Positions 1 to 8,912 of a stretch of 64,000 nt of DNA are shown one piece after another. The DNA lies in NCBI GenBank assembly GCA_964390635.1, contig CAYMIG010000001.1, forward strand, positions 203,321 to 267,320, in the 5' to 3' direction. Numbering within the stretch: position 1 is the stretch's first letter; each line of letters starts with the position of its first letter. Both the position numbers and the translations under genes were made by a program. The notes beneath the pieces were generated by a model, which was not told the DNA's origin, did no database searches, and saw nothing but the letters and a program-made list of their open reading frames with translations. Source of the stretch: an uncultured Vampirovibrionales bacterium. GTDB lineage: Bacteria > Cyanobacteriota > Vampirovibrionia > Vampirovibrionales > Vampirovibrionaceae.

Positions 1-676
1 CGACGGCAAAGCAAAAGGTCACCTGCTTGCCGTCCATCACCAGCGAGGCGTTCCCGGTCACGGCAAAGCCCGCCGCCGCCAGTTTTTTCTTTTCTCCCTC
101 GATGGAGGTACTGACCAGGGCCAGGCAGGGGAAGCCGCCGTCATCCAGGCGGGGAGGCCGGGCCGGGGCCTCGTCGGCGGGCTCGATAAGCAGGTACAGG
201 GGCGTGGCCTGCAAGGGGGTTTGCAGGCTCAGCCAGGTGCCCGGAAAATTGGGGTACCTGGGTTCGGTGGGCTGGAAACCCAGCAGCCGCCAAAAGGCCA
301 CGGATTCTTCCGGCTTGGGGCTGGCGCAGGCCAGGGTGTCCAGGCGAAAATCGGGGGCTGTGGCCACAACGCGGCCATGCGCGTTGAGGGGCGCAAAGGC
401 CGGCAAGGCGGCGTCGGTTTCAAAGAGCCCTTGCAGAAATCCCGATTGCGAACCGACGTGGCCATGATCCAGCAGCTCAACGGGGTAGCTGCCCGGCTTT
501 TCCATCAGGCAGGCTGCATGCAAGGGCTGAAAATTCTGCAAAAGCGGCGCTTTCATGGCGGCATTCGCCTTGTCGCGCTCATGGAAAACCTCGCGGTAGC
601 CCAGCGCCCGGAAGTGCTCTTTCTCTGCGTCGATGTCCGTCGCGCTCCAGGCGACGTGATCCGCCTTGATGATCAT
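1..676 (-). CDS. VOC family protein (glyoxalase/bleomycin-resistance/extradiol-dioxygenase fold), 5-prime partial at window edge
   Basis: Manual minus-strand translation from ATG at 676 gives MIIKADHVAWSATDIDAEKEHFRALGYREVFHERDKANAAMKAPLLQNF..., a typical two-module VOC pattern. It stays open to base 2 (no stop), so the C-terminus lies outside the window. Its start overlaps the stop of the upstream ligase gene (ATGA). It is absent from the ORF track because no stop codon is in the window. Confidence 0.5.
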   Translation of the reverse strand, partial: MIIKADHVAWSATDIDAEKEHFRALGYREVFHERDKANAAMKAPLLQNFQPLHAACLMEKPGSYPVELLDHGHVGSQSGFLQGLFETDAALPAFAPLNAHGRVVATAPDFRLDTLACASPKPEESVAFWRLLGFQPTEPRYPNFPGTWLSLQTPLQATPLYLLIEPADEAPARPPRLDDGGFPCLALVSTSIEGEKKKLAAAGFAVTGNASLVMDGKQVTFCFAV

Positions 677-2181
677 GGCAGGGCTGATTGCCGGCTTAGG
701 GCTTGCAAGGCTGGCTTGTCAATCTTCCCGTTGCTGTTCTTGGGCAGGCTTTCCATGGGCATAAAAACATCAATCTTATAGTCGGCGCCCAGTTGCTGGG
801 TCAGGGCCAGGTTCAGCCGCTTCTCGAAATGGCGTGGGTCGTCCAGGCTTCCGCTTACGTAGGCGCAGGCGGTTTTTTCGCCCATCACCTCGTCCGGCAG
901 GCCGTAAACCACCAGTTCATCGCTGAACAGTCCGCTGGAAAGCACGAAGTCCTCAATGCGGCGGGGGCTGAGGTTGACCCCGCCCCGGATGATGAGGTCT
1001 TTCTTGCGCCCGGTGATGAACAGCCGCCCTTGCTCATCCAGCCGTCCCAGGTCGCCTGAGCGGTAGCGGCCCTCCGAGAAGTATGTTTCCGTCTGGTGGT
1101 TCAGGTAGCCCTTGAACATCCAGGGCACGTCCAGCAGGATTTCGCCGTCCTCATCCAGCCTCATGTTCACGCCGGGCAGCAGGCGGCCCACGCTGTTTTC
1201 CGCATGCGGGTGCAGGGGAGCATTGGAGGCGTTGAACAGGGTTTCGGAAAGCCCGTAGCTCTCGTAGAGCGGCAGGTTGTAGCGGGCTTCGAAGCGTTGC
1301 TTCTGGGCTTCGCTAAGGGGGGCGGTGCCCACGCAGCCCACAATCGGGGTTTGGCTGGCGTAATTCACCCCCGCTTCCCCCCGATCCAGCTTCAGCAGCA
1401 ACGAAACGATGGTGGGATTGAACCAGAAGGCGTTGGCCCCGTAGCGAATAGGCTGCTCCCAGAATCGGCTGACCCCACCAATGCTGAACCGCTCGCCCAG
1501 GATGACCTGGCTGCCGGCCAGAAACGGCAGCAGCATCAGGTTGAGGATGCCTGCCATGTAGCTCATGGGCAGGTTGTGGTAGAACCGATGGCTGGGCTGG
1601 AAGTCGAAAAAGGCGTTGAAGGCCAGTGCCGAGCCCGCCAGGTTCGAGAAACTATGACAGACCCCCTTGGGCAGGCCGGTGGAGCCCGACGTGAAGGTGA
1701 TAAGGCTGACCCGATCGAGGTCGGCGGCCAGCCAGGTTTGCCTGAAATCTTGCCAGGGGAGCGTCTGGGCGGGTTCGTCCAGGGCGGCCAGCAGCCGCTG
1801 GGGATTGATGCGGGGCGCATTGCCGCAAACGCCCACGCTTTCCACCATGGCGTCGGCTTCAAACAGCGACATGATGTCGGCAATGCCTTGCTCGCCCTTT
1901 TGGGGATCGATGGGCACGTAGGTCCAGCCGTTCAGCACGCAGGCGAAATACAAAACCGGCATTAGCAGGCTGTTGGGCAGGATGACGGCCAGCCGGGCAT
2001 CCGGTTTCAATCCCGCTTCCCGCAGGATGCGGCTGCACACCTCCACCCGGTGGAAAAATTCAGCCGTGGTCAGTGGTGCCGGGCGGCTCGGGTCAATAAT
2101 AAAGTCGGCATCCCAGCGCCGTTCCAGCAGCCCTTCAAGGCTGGGCGGTGTAAGTGGGTTCTTTGAAGGAGGAGAGGGCAT
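673..2181 (-). CDS. AMP-dependent synthetase/ligase (adenylate-forming enzyme, acyl-CoA synthetase-like)
   Basis: 502-aa ORF with the adenylation core motif TSGSTGLPKGV, plus YGxSE and GDL-like downstream motifs. The start is uncertain; the annotated ATG overlaps the 3-prime end of the upstream aldolase gene by 47 nt. Confidence 0.75.
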   Translation of the reverse strand: MPSPPSKNPLTPPSLEGLLERRWDADFIIDPSRPAPLTTAEFFHRVEVCSRILREAGLKPDARLAVILPNSLLMPVLYFACVLNGWTYVPIDPQKGEQGIADIMSLFEADAMVESVGVCGNAPRINPQRLLAALDEPAQTLPWQDFRQTWLAADLDRVSLITFTSGSTGLPKGVCHSFSNLAGSALAFNAFFDFQPSHRFYHNLPMSYMAGILNLMLLPFLAGSQVILGERFSIGGVSRFWEQPIRYGANAFWFNPTIVSLLLKLDRGEAGVNYASQTPIVGCVGTAPLSEAQKQRFEARYNLPLYESYGLSETLFNASNAPLHPHAENSVGRLLPGVNMRLDEDGEILLDVPWMFKGYLNHQTETYFSEGRYRSGDLGRLDEQGRLFITGRKKDLIIRGGVNLSPRRIEDFVLSSGLFSDELVVYGLPDEVMGEKTACAYVSGSLDDPRHFEKRLNLALTQQLGADYKIDVFMPMESLPKNSNGKIDKPALQALSRQSALP

Positions 2182-3229
2182 CCTGTTCCTTGCCTATGTA
2201 ACTGCCAAAATTGTATTCGCCGAGATACAGGTCGGGATTCTTCTCCAGCCGCTGGGCAATGGCCTCCAGTACATCGGGTTTGACGTCCACCTTGTCCACC
2301 TTGCATAGCTCGATGATGAGCAGCTCCGGGCTGACGCGGTATTTGGCCGAAAATTTCTGGATGTGGTGCATGTAGCTGGAGTGGAAGTCCGCAAAGCCGG
2401 CGACGATATCCAGGGATTCCTTGCCCTTCAGCTTGACCAGGGGCTTGATGAACTTCTTGCCGATTTCCATCACCTTGAGCAGGTTGATGTTCAGGGGAAC
2501 GCCTTTTTTGAGGAGCGCGGCCACCACCAGCTCGGTGGAGGCATTGCCGGCGCTGCGGCCCAGCCCTTGCAGGGAGGTGTCAATCAGCTCGATGCCAAGA
2601 TCTGCGGCGTACAGGGCGTTCGATACGGCAAGCCCTAAGTTGTCATGGCCGTGGAAGCCCACCTTCAGCTCGCTCACCTCGCGGATGGCGTTGAAATAGG
2701 CTTCAATCTGGTGCGGGAACATGCCCCCCGATGAATCCACGATGTACACGCCGTCCACGCCATAAGACTCCGACAGCTTGACCTGCTTGGCAAAGTCCTT
2801 GGGCGCCATGGCATACGACTTCATGTAGTTGGCCATCACGGTCATGCCGTAACCCTTGGCCTTCTCAATGAAGGGGCGCGAGCTTTCCACGCGGGTCACG
2901 TCGGTTCCCACGCGGATGAATTTCATGCCGTATTGCGCGGCCATGTCCAGGTCTTCCAGGCGGGCGATGCCCGGAATGCAGAACATACCCCACTGGGCCT
3001 TCTCTATGGCCCCGGCAGCGGCCATGATGTATTCCTCATCGGTGTGGATGGCCTCGCCATGCCCCATGTTGCTGCCGTTGAAACCGACCCCGTGGCCGAT
3101 TTCGATCCATTCCACGCCCGCAGCCTCCAGCTCCTTGCAGATGACCGCCGTATCAGAGGTGGTAAACGAGAAGTTGACGGCGTAACTGCCGTCACGAAGG
3201 GTGGTATCGAGAATCTGGATGGGAGGCAT
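2135..3229 (-). CDS. HMGL-like (DRE-TIM metallolyase) aldolase, 4-hydroxy-2-oxovalerate aldolase (DmpG/BphI/MhpE)-like
   Basis: 364 aa. N-terminal ILDTTLRDGSYAVNFSF...EIGHGVG matches the pyruvate carboxyltransferase/HMGL-like domain of DmpG-type aldolases. No DmpF-type acetaldehyde dehydrogenase partner is adjacent. Confidence 0.7.
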   Translation of the reverse strand: MPPIQILDTTLRDGSYAVNFSFTTSDTAVICKELEAAGVEWIEIGHGVGFNGSNMGHGEAIHTDEEYIMAAAGAIEKAQWGMFCIPGIARLEDLDMAAQYGMKFIRVGTDVTRVESSRPFIEKAKGYGMTVMANYMKSYAMAPKDFAKQVKLSESYGVDGVYIVDSSGGMFPHQIEAYFNAIREVSELKVGFHGHDNLGLAVSNALYAADLGIELIDTSLQGLGRSAGNASTELVVAALLKKGVPLNINLLKVMEIGKKFIKPLVKLKGKESLDIVAGFADFHSSYMHHIQKFSAKYRVSPELLIIELCKVDKVDVKPDVLEAIAQRLEKNPDLYLGEYNFGSYIGKEQDALSSFKEPTYTAQP

Positions 3230-3382
3230 CGGTTCCGCCTGCTGGTTGCTGGGTCTGGGGAATTCCCCCCAATGGTACTACAAGCCCACCCCGTTTGTCC
3301 CGAAGTGTCCGCAAGCATCCCCGCGGCAAGCCCGAGACCCGCCAGGCGAGAGATTCGGGACGTGTAACGTTTTTAAACGGGG

Positions 3383-4078
3383 CTATTTTTTCCGGCAGAC
3401 CACCAGGTGCCAGTGGTAATCGTAGCCGAAGCACTCGTCATGCACGGAGCCGAAGGTGAACTCCCCAAAGTGGCTGGCGAAGGTGCGCTCAATGTCCGCC
3501 TCGTCCTCGAACATGCGCAGCACTTCGCCGTTGCGCACGTTGAAGGGGTCGTTCTTGATGATCTGGTAGCCGGGCTTCAGCGTTTCGCTGCCCTGGTAGA
3601 TGAAGCAGGTCTTCTTGGGGATGGACATGACCAGGTGGCCGCCCGGCTTGGTGATGCGGGCGAATTCCGCCACGTGGCGATCGAAGTTTCGGTCGGCGCC
3701 CAGGTAGTAGCAGGAATTCCAGGACAGCAGGAAGTCGAAGGTGTTGTCCGCAAAGGGTGTTGTGTCGTTGGTGCCCACTTGCAGGTCGAACTTGGGGGCG
3801 CCCAGCATAGCCAGGTTCTGGCGGGCCTTTTCCACGATGGGCTCGCTTACTTCCACGCCGTAAATATCGAAGCCTAGCGTGCTGAGGAAGTGCAGGTTCA
3901 CCCCGTCGCCGCAGCCGATATCGCAGATCTTCTTGCCCTCGTAGCCCAGATCGCGCAGGTTGAGCCGGGGGTAGGCCCCCTTGAACATGCGAATGACGTA
4001 TTCCGCGGGGTAGGTGAGGTCTTTGTAAGACAGGTACTCCCGGGTCCATTCCTTCTGGAAGTCATAGGTGGTGGTCAT
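3383..4078 (-). CDS. class I SAM-dependent methyltransferase
   Basis: Motif I ICDIGCGDGVNL plus acidic motif II region. The start was chosen at the internal ATG (MTTTYDFQKEW), confirmed as CAT at 4076-4078 on the plus strand. The upstream 50 codons of the ORF look like non-coding read-through. Confidence 0.7.
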   Translation of the reverse strand: MTTTYDFQKEWTREYLSYKDLTYPAEYVIRMFKGAYPRLNLRDLGYEGKKICDIGCGDGVNLHFLSTLGFDIYGVEVSEPIVEKARQNLAMLGAPKFDLQVGTNDTTPFADNTFDFLLSWNSCYYLGADRNFDRHVAEFARITKPGGHLVMSIPKKTCFIYQGSETLKPGYQIIKNDPFNVRNGEVLRMFEDEADIERTFASHFGEFTFGSVHDECFGYDYHWHLVVCRKK

Positions 4079-4305
4079 GCTGTACTCCTTGCCAGTGGCA
4101 CGTGGCCTACTATACTGTGAAGGCGGCATGCAGGCCAGCCTTTTTTTCAGGCGGAATTCCCAGCAGCTTGCTGTCGCCGGCCTTTGGGCGAGCCTTGCCA
4201 CGGACGCGCCCGCTGCCCTCCCCGGTCGCATACGGGACCGTTATACAAACGCCTGTTTTTCAGTTACAATTTCTGGCATTCCCAAAGACCCCGGAGACCC
4301 TTGCA
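4079..4305. promoter_or_regulatory. divergent intergenic/promoter region between the methyltransferase operon (minus) and the pseA-hisHF operon (plus)
   Basis: 227-bp non-coding gap between two divergently transcribed gene sets. GGAGA Shine-Dalgarno 8 nt upstream of the ATG at 4306. Confidence 0.3.
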
Positions 4306-5510
4306 TGCAGGAACTGGAGCGCTGCAGCCGCTGTACCGTCCCACTGACGTGGGAAACCATTTACCTGGACGAGAACGGGGTTTGCAACGTTTGCAACAAC
4401 TGGAGCACCAAGCAGCACAAGATTGACTGGGAGGCTCGCGAGCGTCAGCTTCTGGCCATCTTCGAGGATGTGAAGGCAAAAAAAGCCGATTACGATTGCA
4501 TTCTGCCCTTTAGTGGCGGGAAAGACTCTACTTATACGCTGTATGCCATTGTCAAAAAGTACGGCCTGCGCCCTCTGGTGGTGTCCTTCGACCACGGATT
4601 CTACCGCCCCAAGATGCTGGCCAACCGCACCCGGGTCATCCGCCGCCTGGGCGTGGACATGATCACCATGACGCCCGACTGGCAGGTGGTTAAAAAAATG
4701 ATGGTGGAGGCCCTCATCCGGCGTGGCGACTTCTGTTGGCACTGCCACAACGGTGTGTTTGCCTATCCCATGCAGATGGCCGTCAAGCTGAAGGTGCCGC
4801 TGGTCATCTGGGGCGAAGGTGGCGGCGAGTACGAAGGCTACTTCAAGTTCGAGGACCTGGAAGACACCGACGAGTGGAAGTTCAACCGCCGCATCGTGCA
4901 AGGCATTCGGGCCGTCGATATGGCCGGCTTCATCGGCGAGGACGTCCGCAAGCTGCAGCCTTACATCTATCCCAGCCGCCAGGAGCTGGAGGAGGCCGGC
5001 GTTAAGAGCATCCCGCTGGGCAAGTTCATCCCCTGGGACGTGAAAAAGCAGGTGGAAATCATCCGCCAGGAGCTGGGCTGGGAGCTGGATGAAATCGAAA
5101 GCGGCTTCCCCGGGCCTACTTACGAGAAGATCGAGTGCATGTTCCAGGGCGTGCGCGATTATGCCAAGTACCTCAAGCGGGGTTTCTCCCGCATCACGCA
5201 TCTTACCTCGCTGGATATCCGCCATGGGCGCATGGATCGCGACGAAGCCATGCGCCACATCGAGCAACTGGAGCACCGCAAGCCCAAAAGCCTTTCGGTA
5301 TTCCTGGAATATACCGGCCTGAGCGAGGCGGAGTTCAACGAAATCATCCTGCAGCACGTCATTGCCCCGGCCCAGCCCATCGACCCCGCCACCATCCCCG
5401 AGGGCGAGGCCCTGCCGGATCAGGATCTGTGGTTCCGGGATCCCGCCGATGCCGGTTGCGGTACCTGCCATAGCAACGGCTGCGGCGGCGCGCTCCCGCT
5501 GGAAGTCTGA
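4306..5510 (+). CDS. pseA: N-acetyl sugar amidotransferase (PP-loop ATP pyrophosphatase; PseA/WbuX/LfnA family) for acetamidino-sugar formation
   Basis: PP-loop motif ILPFSGGKDST; N-terminal Cys-rich segment (CSRCTVPLTW...CNVCNNW) typical of this family. Followed immediately by HisH/HisF paralogs as in WbuXYZ-type modules. The start was moved to the ATG at 4306 with an SD. Confidence 0.75.
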
Positions 5511-5539
5511 AACTGAAACCCGTCGATAGAGGAATTTCC

Positions 5540-6907
5540 ATGTCCCCCACCCAAACGCAAGCCAAGTCCGCCACCCGTACCTCCATGCTGGAGCTGCTCC
5601 GGAAGATTTACGGGTTTCGCTGGGCGCCCGTCTCCGAGGAAACCGATTGGGGCAACGCGGTGCTGTGCCAGGAGTTGCCTTTCCAGGTGCATGAATACCC
5701 TTCGGGCTTGGAATTCAACGGCTGGGTGGTTCCGCAGAAGTGGAAACCCGTGAAAGCCGAAATCTGGAAGGACGGCGAGCTGATTTACGACGGCATGCAA
5801 AGCCCCCTGGGCGTGGTGGGCTATGCCGATTCTTTCAACGGCAAAGTCAGTGGCCGGGAGCTGAAAGAGCACCTCTGTTACCATCCCAACTTCCCCAATG
5901 CGCTGATTTACCACTGCGACTACTACTATAAACCCTGGCGGCGTACCTGGGGGATGAGCGTGACCCACAACTTCTTCAAAACCATTGAGGATGACGCGGA
6001 ATACGAGGTCAACCTGCAGACCGTGTTTGAGGACGGCACCCTCAAGGTGCTTGACTACTACCTGCCAGGCGAATCCGAGGAGACCATTATCCTTAACAGC
6101 CACAATTGCCATACCGGCCAGGCCAATGATGATATCGCCGGCGTGGTAGTGGGTGTGGAAGTGCTGCGTCGACTGGCCGAAAAGCCCAAGCGCCGCTACA
6201 GCTACCGGCTTATTGTGACCGCCGAGCACATCGGCACGGTGTTTTACCTGCATAGCCTGACGCCGGAGCAGATTGGCAAGTTCAAATACGGCATGTTCCT
6301 TGAAATGCTGGGCAACAAGAACCGTTTCGCCTTCCAGGAGTCGTTTACCGGCACCAGCGATCTGGATCGGGCCGTGCACAACTACATGCGCTATCACCAC
6401 GCCGACTATCACAGCGATCGCTTCCGCAAGATCATCGGCAACGACGAGACCGTGTGGGAAGCCCCCGGCTACGAGATTCCCTGTATCTCGCTTTCCCGCT
6501 GGCCGTACCTCGAATACCACTCCAGCATGGACACCGACGACATCATCCACGAGGAAATGCTGGAGGAGGCCACCAACGCGGTGCTGGGCTACCTGGAAAT
6601 CCTGGAAACCAACGCCGTGATGCACCGCCACTTTGACGGGCTGGTGTGCCTCAGCAATCCCAAGTACGATTTGTACGTCTCGCCGGGCGATCCCAGCATC
6701 AACCCGATGGTGCCCGAGGAGCAGCACCGCTGGAACTACCTGATGAACTGCATTACCCGCCATTTTGACGGGCGCACCACCATTCTGGACATTGCCGAAA
6801 AATACGACCAAAACTACTTTAACGTGCTGGAGTATGTGCGCAAGTTCGAGGAAAAGGGCCTGGTCACCATCGAACCCGCCCTGCCGCCCCGGGAGGCCAG
6901 CCGATGA
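5540..6907 (+). CDS. M28-peptidase-fold / DUF4910-like domain protein found in polysaccharide loci
   Basis: 455 aa. Central segment NCHTGQANDDIAGVVVGVEVLRRL resembles the M28 aminopeptidase-like metal-site region of DUF4910 proteins. C-terminal ~80 aa look like a winged-helix. Family call is from memory and motif only. Confidence 0.4.
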   Translation: MSPTQTQAKSATRTSMLELLRKIYGFRWAPVSEETDWGNAVLCQELPFQVHEYPSGLEFNGWVVPQKWKPVKAEIWKDGELIYDGMQSPLGVVGYADSFNGKVSGRELKEHLCYHPNFPNALIYHCDYYYKPWRRTWGMSVTHNFFKTIEDDAEYEVNLQTVFEDGTLKVLDYYLPGESEETIILNSHNCHTGQANDDIAGVVVGVEVLRRLAEKPKRRYSYRLIVTAEHIGTVFYLHSLTPEQIGKFKYGMFLEMLGNKNRFAFQESFTGTSDLDRAVHNYMRYHHADYHSDRFRKIIGNDETVWEAPGYEIPCISLSRWPYLEYHSSMDTDDIIHEEMLEEATNAVLGYLEILETNAVMHRHFDGLVCLSNPKYDLYVSPGDPSINPMVPEEQHRWNYLMNCITRHFDGRTTILDIAEKYDQNYFNVLEYVRKFEEKGLVTIEPALPPREASR

Positions 6908-7581
6908 GCGTGACGGTCAACACCGCCGTTTCCGCCCAGGCGGAAATGCCCGGCGCATGTAGTCGCACCCGGGTGGTGGGCATCATCAATTCCGGGCTGG
7001 GCAATGTGGGTTCCGTGGCCAGCGCGTTCGAGTTTTACCGCCATCCGGTGCGGCTGATGAGCGATCCCCGCGAGCTGGCCGAAGCCGACGTGCTGGTGCT
7101 GGCCGGCGTGGGCAACTTTGCCGCCGCCATTAAGCGGCTGGAGGACATGGGCATGGTGGATGCCCTGAAAACCCAGGTGCTGGAACACCATAAGCCCCTC
7201 ATGGGTATTTGCCTCGGCATGCAACTGATGGCCGATCGCAGCCTGGAGGACGGCGAACATGCCGGCCTGGGCTTCATTTCCGGTGATGTGGTCAAAATCG
7301 AGGGCGACAACCTGCGGGTGCCGCACATCGGCTGGAACCAGGCCGTGCCGCGCGAAACGGCCCTGTTTCAGGGTATCCGCTACGGTTCGTTCTATTTTAT
7401 GCACAGCTACCACTTTATCCCGCGCAACCCCGACGATATCCTGGCCATCACGCAGTATGGCCCGCTTCAAGTGGTCTCCGCCGTGCGCCGGGGCAATATC
7501 CTGGGGGTGCAGTTCCACCCGGAAAAAAGCCAGGGCGATGGTTTGCGCATTATCCGCAACTTCATGGAGAGCCTGTCATGA
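6904..7581 (+). CDS. hisH: imidazole glycerol phosphate synthase HisH-like glutamine amidotransferase paralog (WbuY-type)
   Basis: Class-I GATase pattern GIINSGLGNVGSV...LVLAGVGNF...GICLGMQLM...HIGWN..FHPEKS. ATGA overlap with the upstream gene. Sits in a glycan locus next to an amidotransferase, not in a his operon. Confidence 0.8.
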   Translation: MSVTVNTAVSAQAEMPGACSRTRVVGIINSGLGNVGSVASAFEFYRHPVRLMSDPRELAEADVLVLAGVGNFAAAIKRLEDMGMVDALKTQVLEHHKPLMGICLGMQLMADRSLEDGEHAGLGFISGDVVKIEGDNLRVPHIGWNQAVPRETALFQGIRYGSFYFMHSYHFIPRNPDDILAITQYGPLQVVSAVRRGNILGVQFHPEKSQGDGLRIIRNFMESLS

Positions 7582-8357
7582 GCGTGGCCGGCGCGGTACT
7601 GACCAAGCGCATCTTTCCGCTCTTTCTGCTGAAGGGCGCCCGGCTGGTGAAAGGCACCTGTTTTGGCGACTTCAAGGACGTGGGCGATCCCGTTTCGCAA
7701 GGCATGATTTTCGATGCCCAGGGCGCGGACGAAATCGCCATCGTGGATGTCGAGGCGTCCCGCCAGGATCGGCTCATCGATACCGCCCTCATCCAGCGGA
7801 TGATTGACTCCTGCAAACTGCCTATCGCCGTGGGCGGCGGCATTCGCTCGGTAAAGGACGCCCAGGCCTGCTTTAACGCCGGGGCGGACAAGATTATCCT
7901 GAACACCCAGGCGGTGCTCAATCCCGCCCTGGTGAAGGAGCTGGCCGCCGAGTTCGGCGCCCAGGCGGTGCTGGCCTCCGTGGACGTGCGTCGCGCCCCG
8001 GATGGCCGCTACGAGGTCTACGTGCTCTCCGGCACCCGCAAGATTGACCAGCCCTTCGATGCGGTCATCGATACGCTGGTGGCGGCGGGCATCGGCGAGC
8101 TGATGGTGACCGCCATCGACCGCGAAGGCACGCTGCAAGGCTTCGATATCGGTATGTACCGCGCATTGCGTAGCCGGGTGAACGTGCCGCTCATCGCTTC
8201 GGGCGGGGCGGGCAACTACGATCACCTGGTGGAGCTCTTCCGCCAGGCCGATTGCGACGCCTGCGCCCTGGGCAAGATGGTTTCCCTGCGGGATTACGAT
8301 ATTGTCCGCATCAAGTCCTATCTGACAGGAAGAAAGGTCCCGGTACGCGATGCTTGA
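7578..8357 (+). CDS. hisF: imidazole glycerol phosphate synthase HisF-like cyclase paralog (WbuZ-type)
   Basis: TIM-barrel HisF pattern RIFPLFLLKGARLVKG...DEIAIVDVEAS...AVGGGIRS...GADKIILNT...ASGGAG. ATGA overlap with the hisH-like gene. Confidence 0.8.
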   Translation: MSVAGAVLTKRIFPLFLLKGARLVKGTCFGDFKDVGDPVSQGMIFDAQGADEIAIVDVEASRQDRLIDTALIQRMIDSCKLPIAVGGGIRSVKDAQACFNAGADKIILNTQAVLNPALVKELAAEFGAQAVLASVDVRRAPDGRYEVYVLSGTRKIDQPFDAVIDTLVAAGIGELMVTAIDREGTLQGFDIGMYRALRSRVNVPLIASGGAGNYDHLVELFRQADCDACALGKMVSLRDYDIVRIKSYLTGRKVPVRDA

Positions 8358-8907
8358 TCTGAAAACCGGTGGCGACGCCATGGCCGCCTGGCGCACGGAG
8401 CGAATCCACCTGCGGCTGCTCTCCCCGGAGGACGTCACCGAGGCCTACGTGGCCTGGCTGATGAACCCCGTAGTGAACCGATACCTGGAAAACCGTTGGT
8501 CGGCCCAGACCTTGGAAAGTGTCAAGTCTTACGTGGCCGCCATGAACGCCAGCAGCCATGATTACATGTTCGGCATTTTCCTGAACGATACCGGCGAGCA
8601 CATCGGCAACATCAAGGTGGGCGGCGTGAACTGGATTCACCGCTACGGCGATGTGGGCCTGCTGATTGGCGAGCCCAAGGCCTGGGGCCAGGGCTACGGC
8701 ACCGAGGCCATCGCGCTGGCCACCGCGTTCGCTTTCCGCGAGTTGAGCCTCAACAAGCTGATTGCGGGTATCTACGCCAACAACCCCGGCTCGTATAAGG
8801 CATTCATGAAAGCCGGCTATCGCGAGGTAGGGCGCATGGAGAAGCACCGCCTGAGCCAGGGCGAGCTGGTGGACGAGATCCTGGTGGAAAAACTACGGGA
8901 CGCGTAA
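8350..8907 (+). CDS. GNAT family N-acetyltransferase (RimJ/RimL-like)
   Basis: GNAT motif A region IGNIKVGGVNWIHRYGDVGLLIGEPKAWGQGYGTEA and the N-terminal TERIHLRLLSPED pattern. The start could instead be the ATG at 8380. Confidence 0.7.
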   Translation: MLDLKTGGDAMAAWRTERIHLRLLSPEDVTEAYVAWLMNPVVNRYLENRWSAQTLESVKSYVAAMNASSHDYMFGIFLNDTGEHIGNIKVGGVNWIHRYGDVGLLIGEPKAWGQGYGTEAIALATAFAFRELSLNKLIAGIYANNPGSYKAFMKAGYREVGRMEKHRLSQGELVDEILVEKLRDA

Positions 8908-8912
8908 GGCAT

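Noticed and set aside
27-781. Plus-strand ORFs 27-467 and 221-781
   Set aside because: Arg/Ala/Ser/Gly-rich off-frame translations. The opposite strand in another frame encodes a convincing VOC-family protein (1-676), which explains the region.
5420-6811. 463-aa minus-strand ORF
   Set aside because: It is antisense to the DUF4910 gene and the end of pseA. It is a low-complexity Val/Gly/Ala-rich artefact of high GC.
8350-8379. Alternative longer start for the GNAT gene overlapping hisF by 8 nt
   Set aside because: This start is kept in the feature coordinates, but the ATG at 8380 fits GNAT N-termini equally well. The choice is not decidable from sequence alone.
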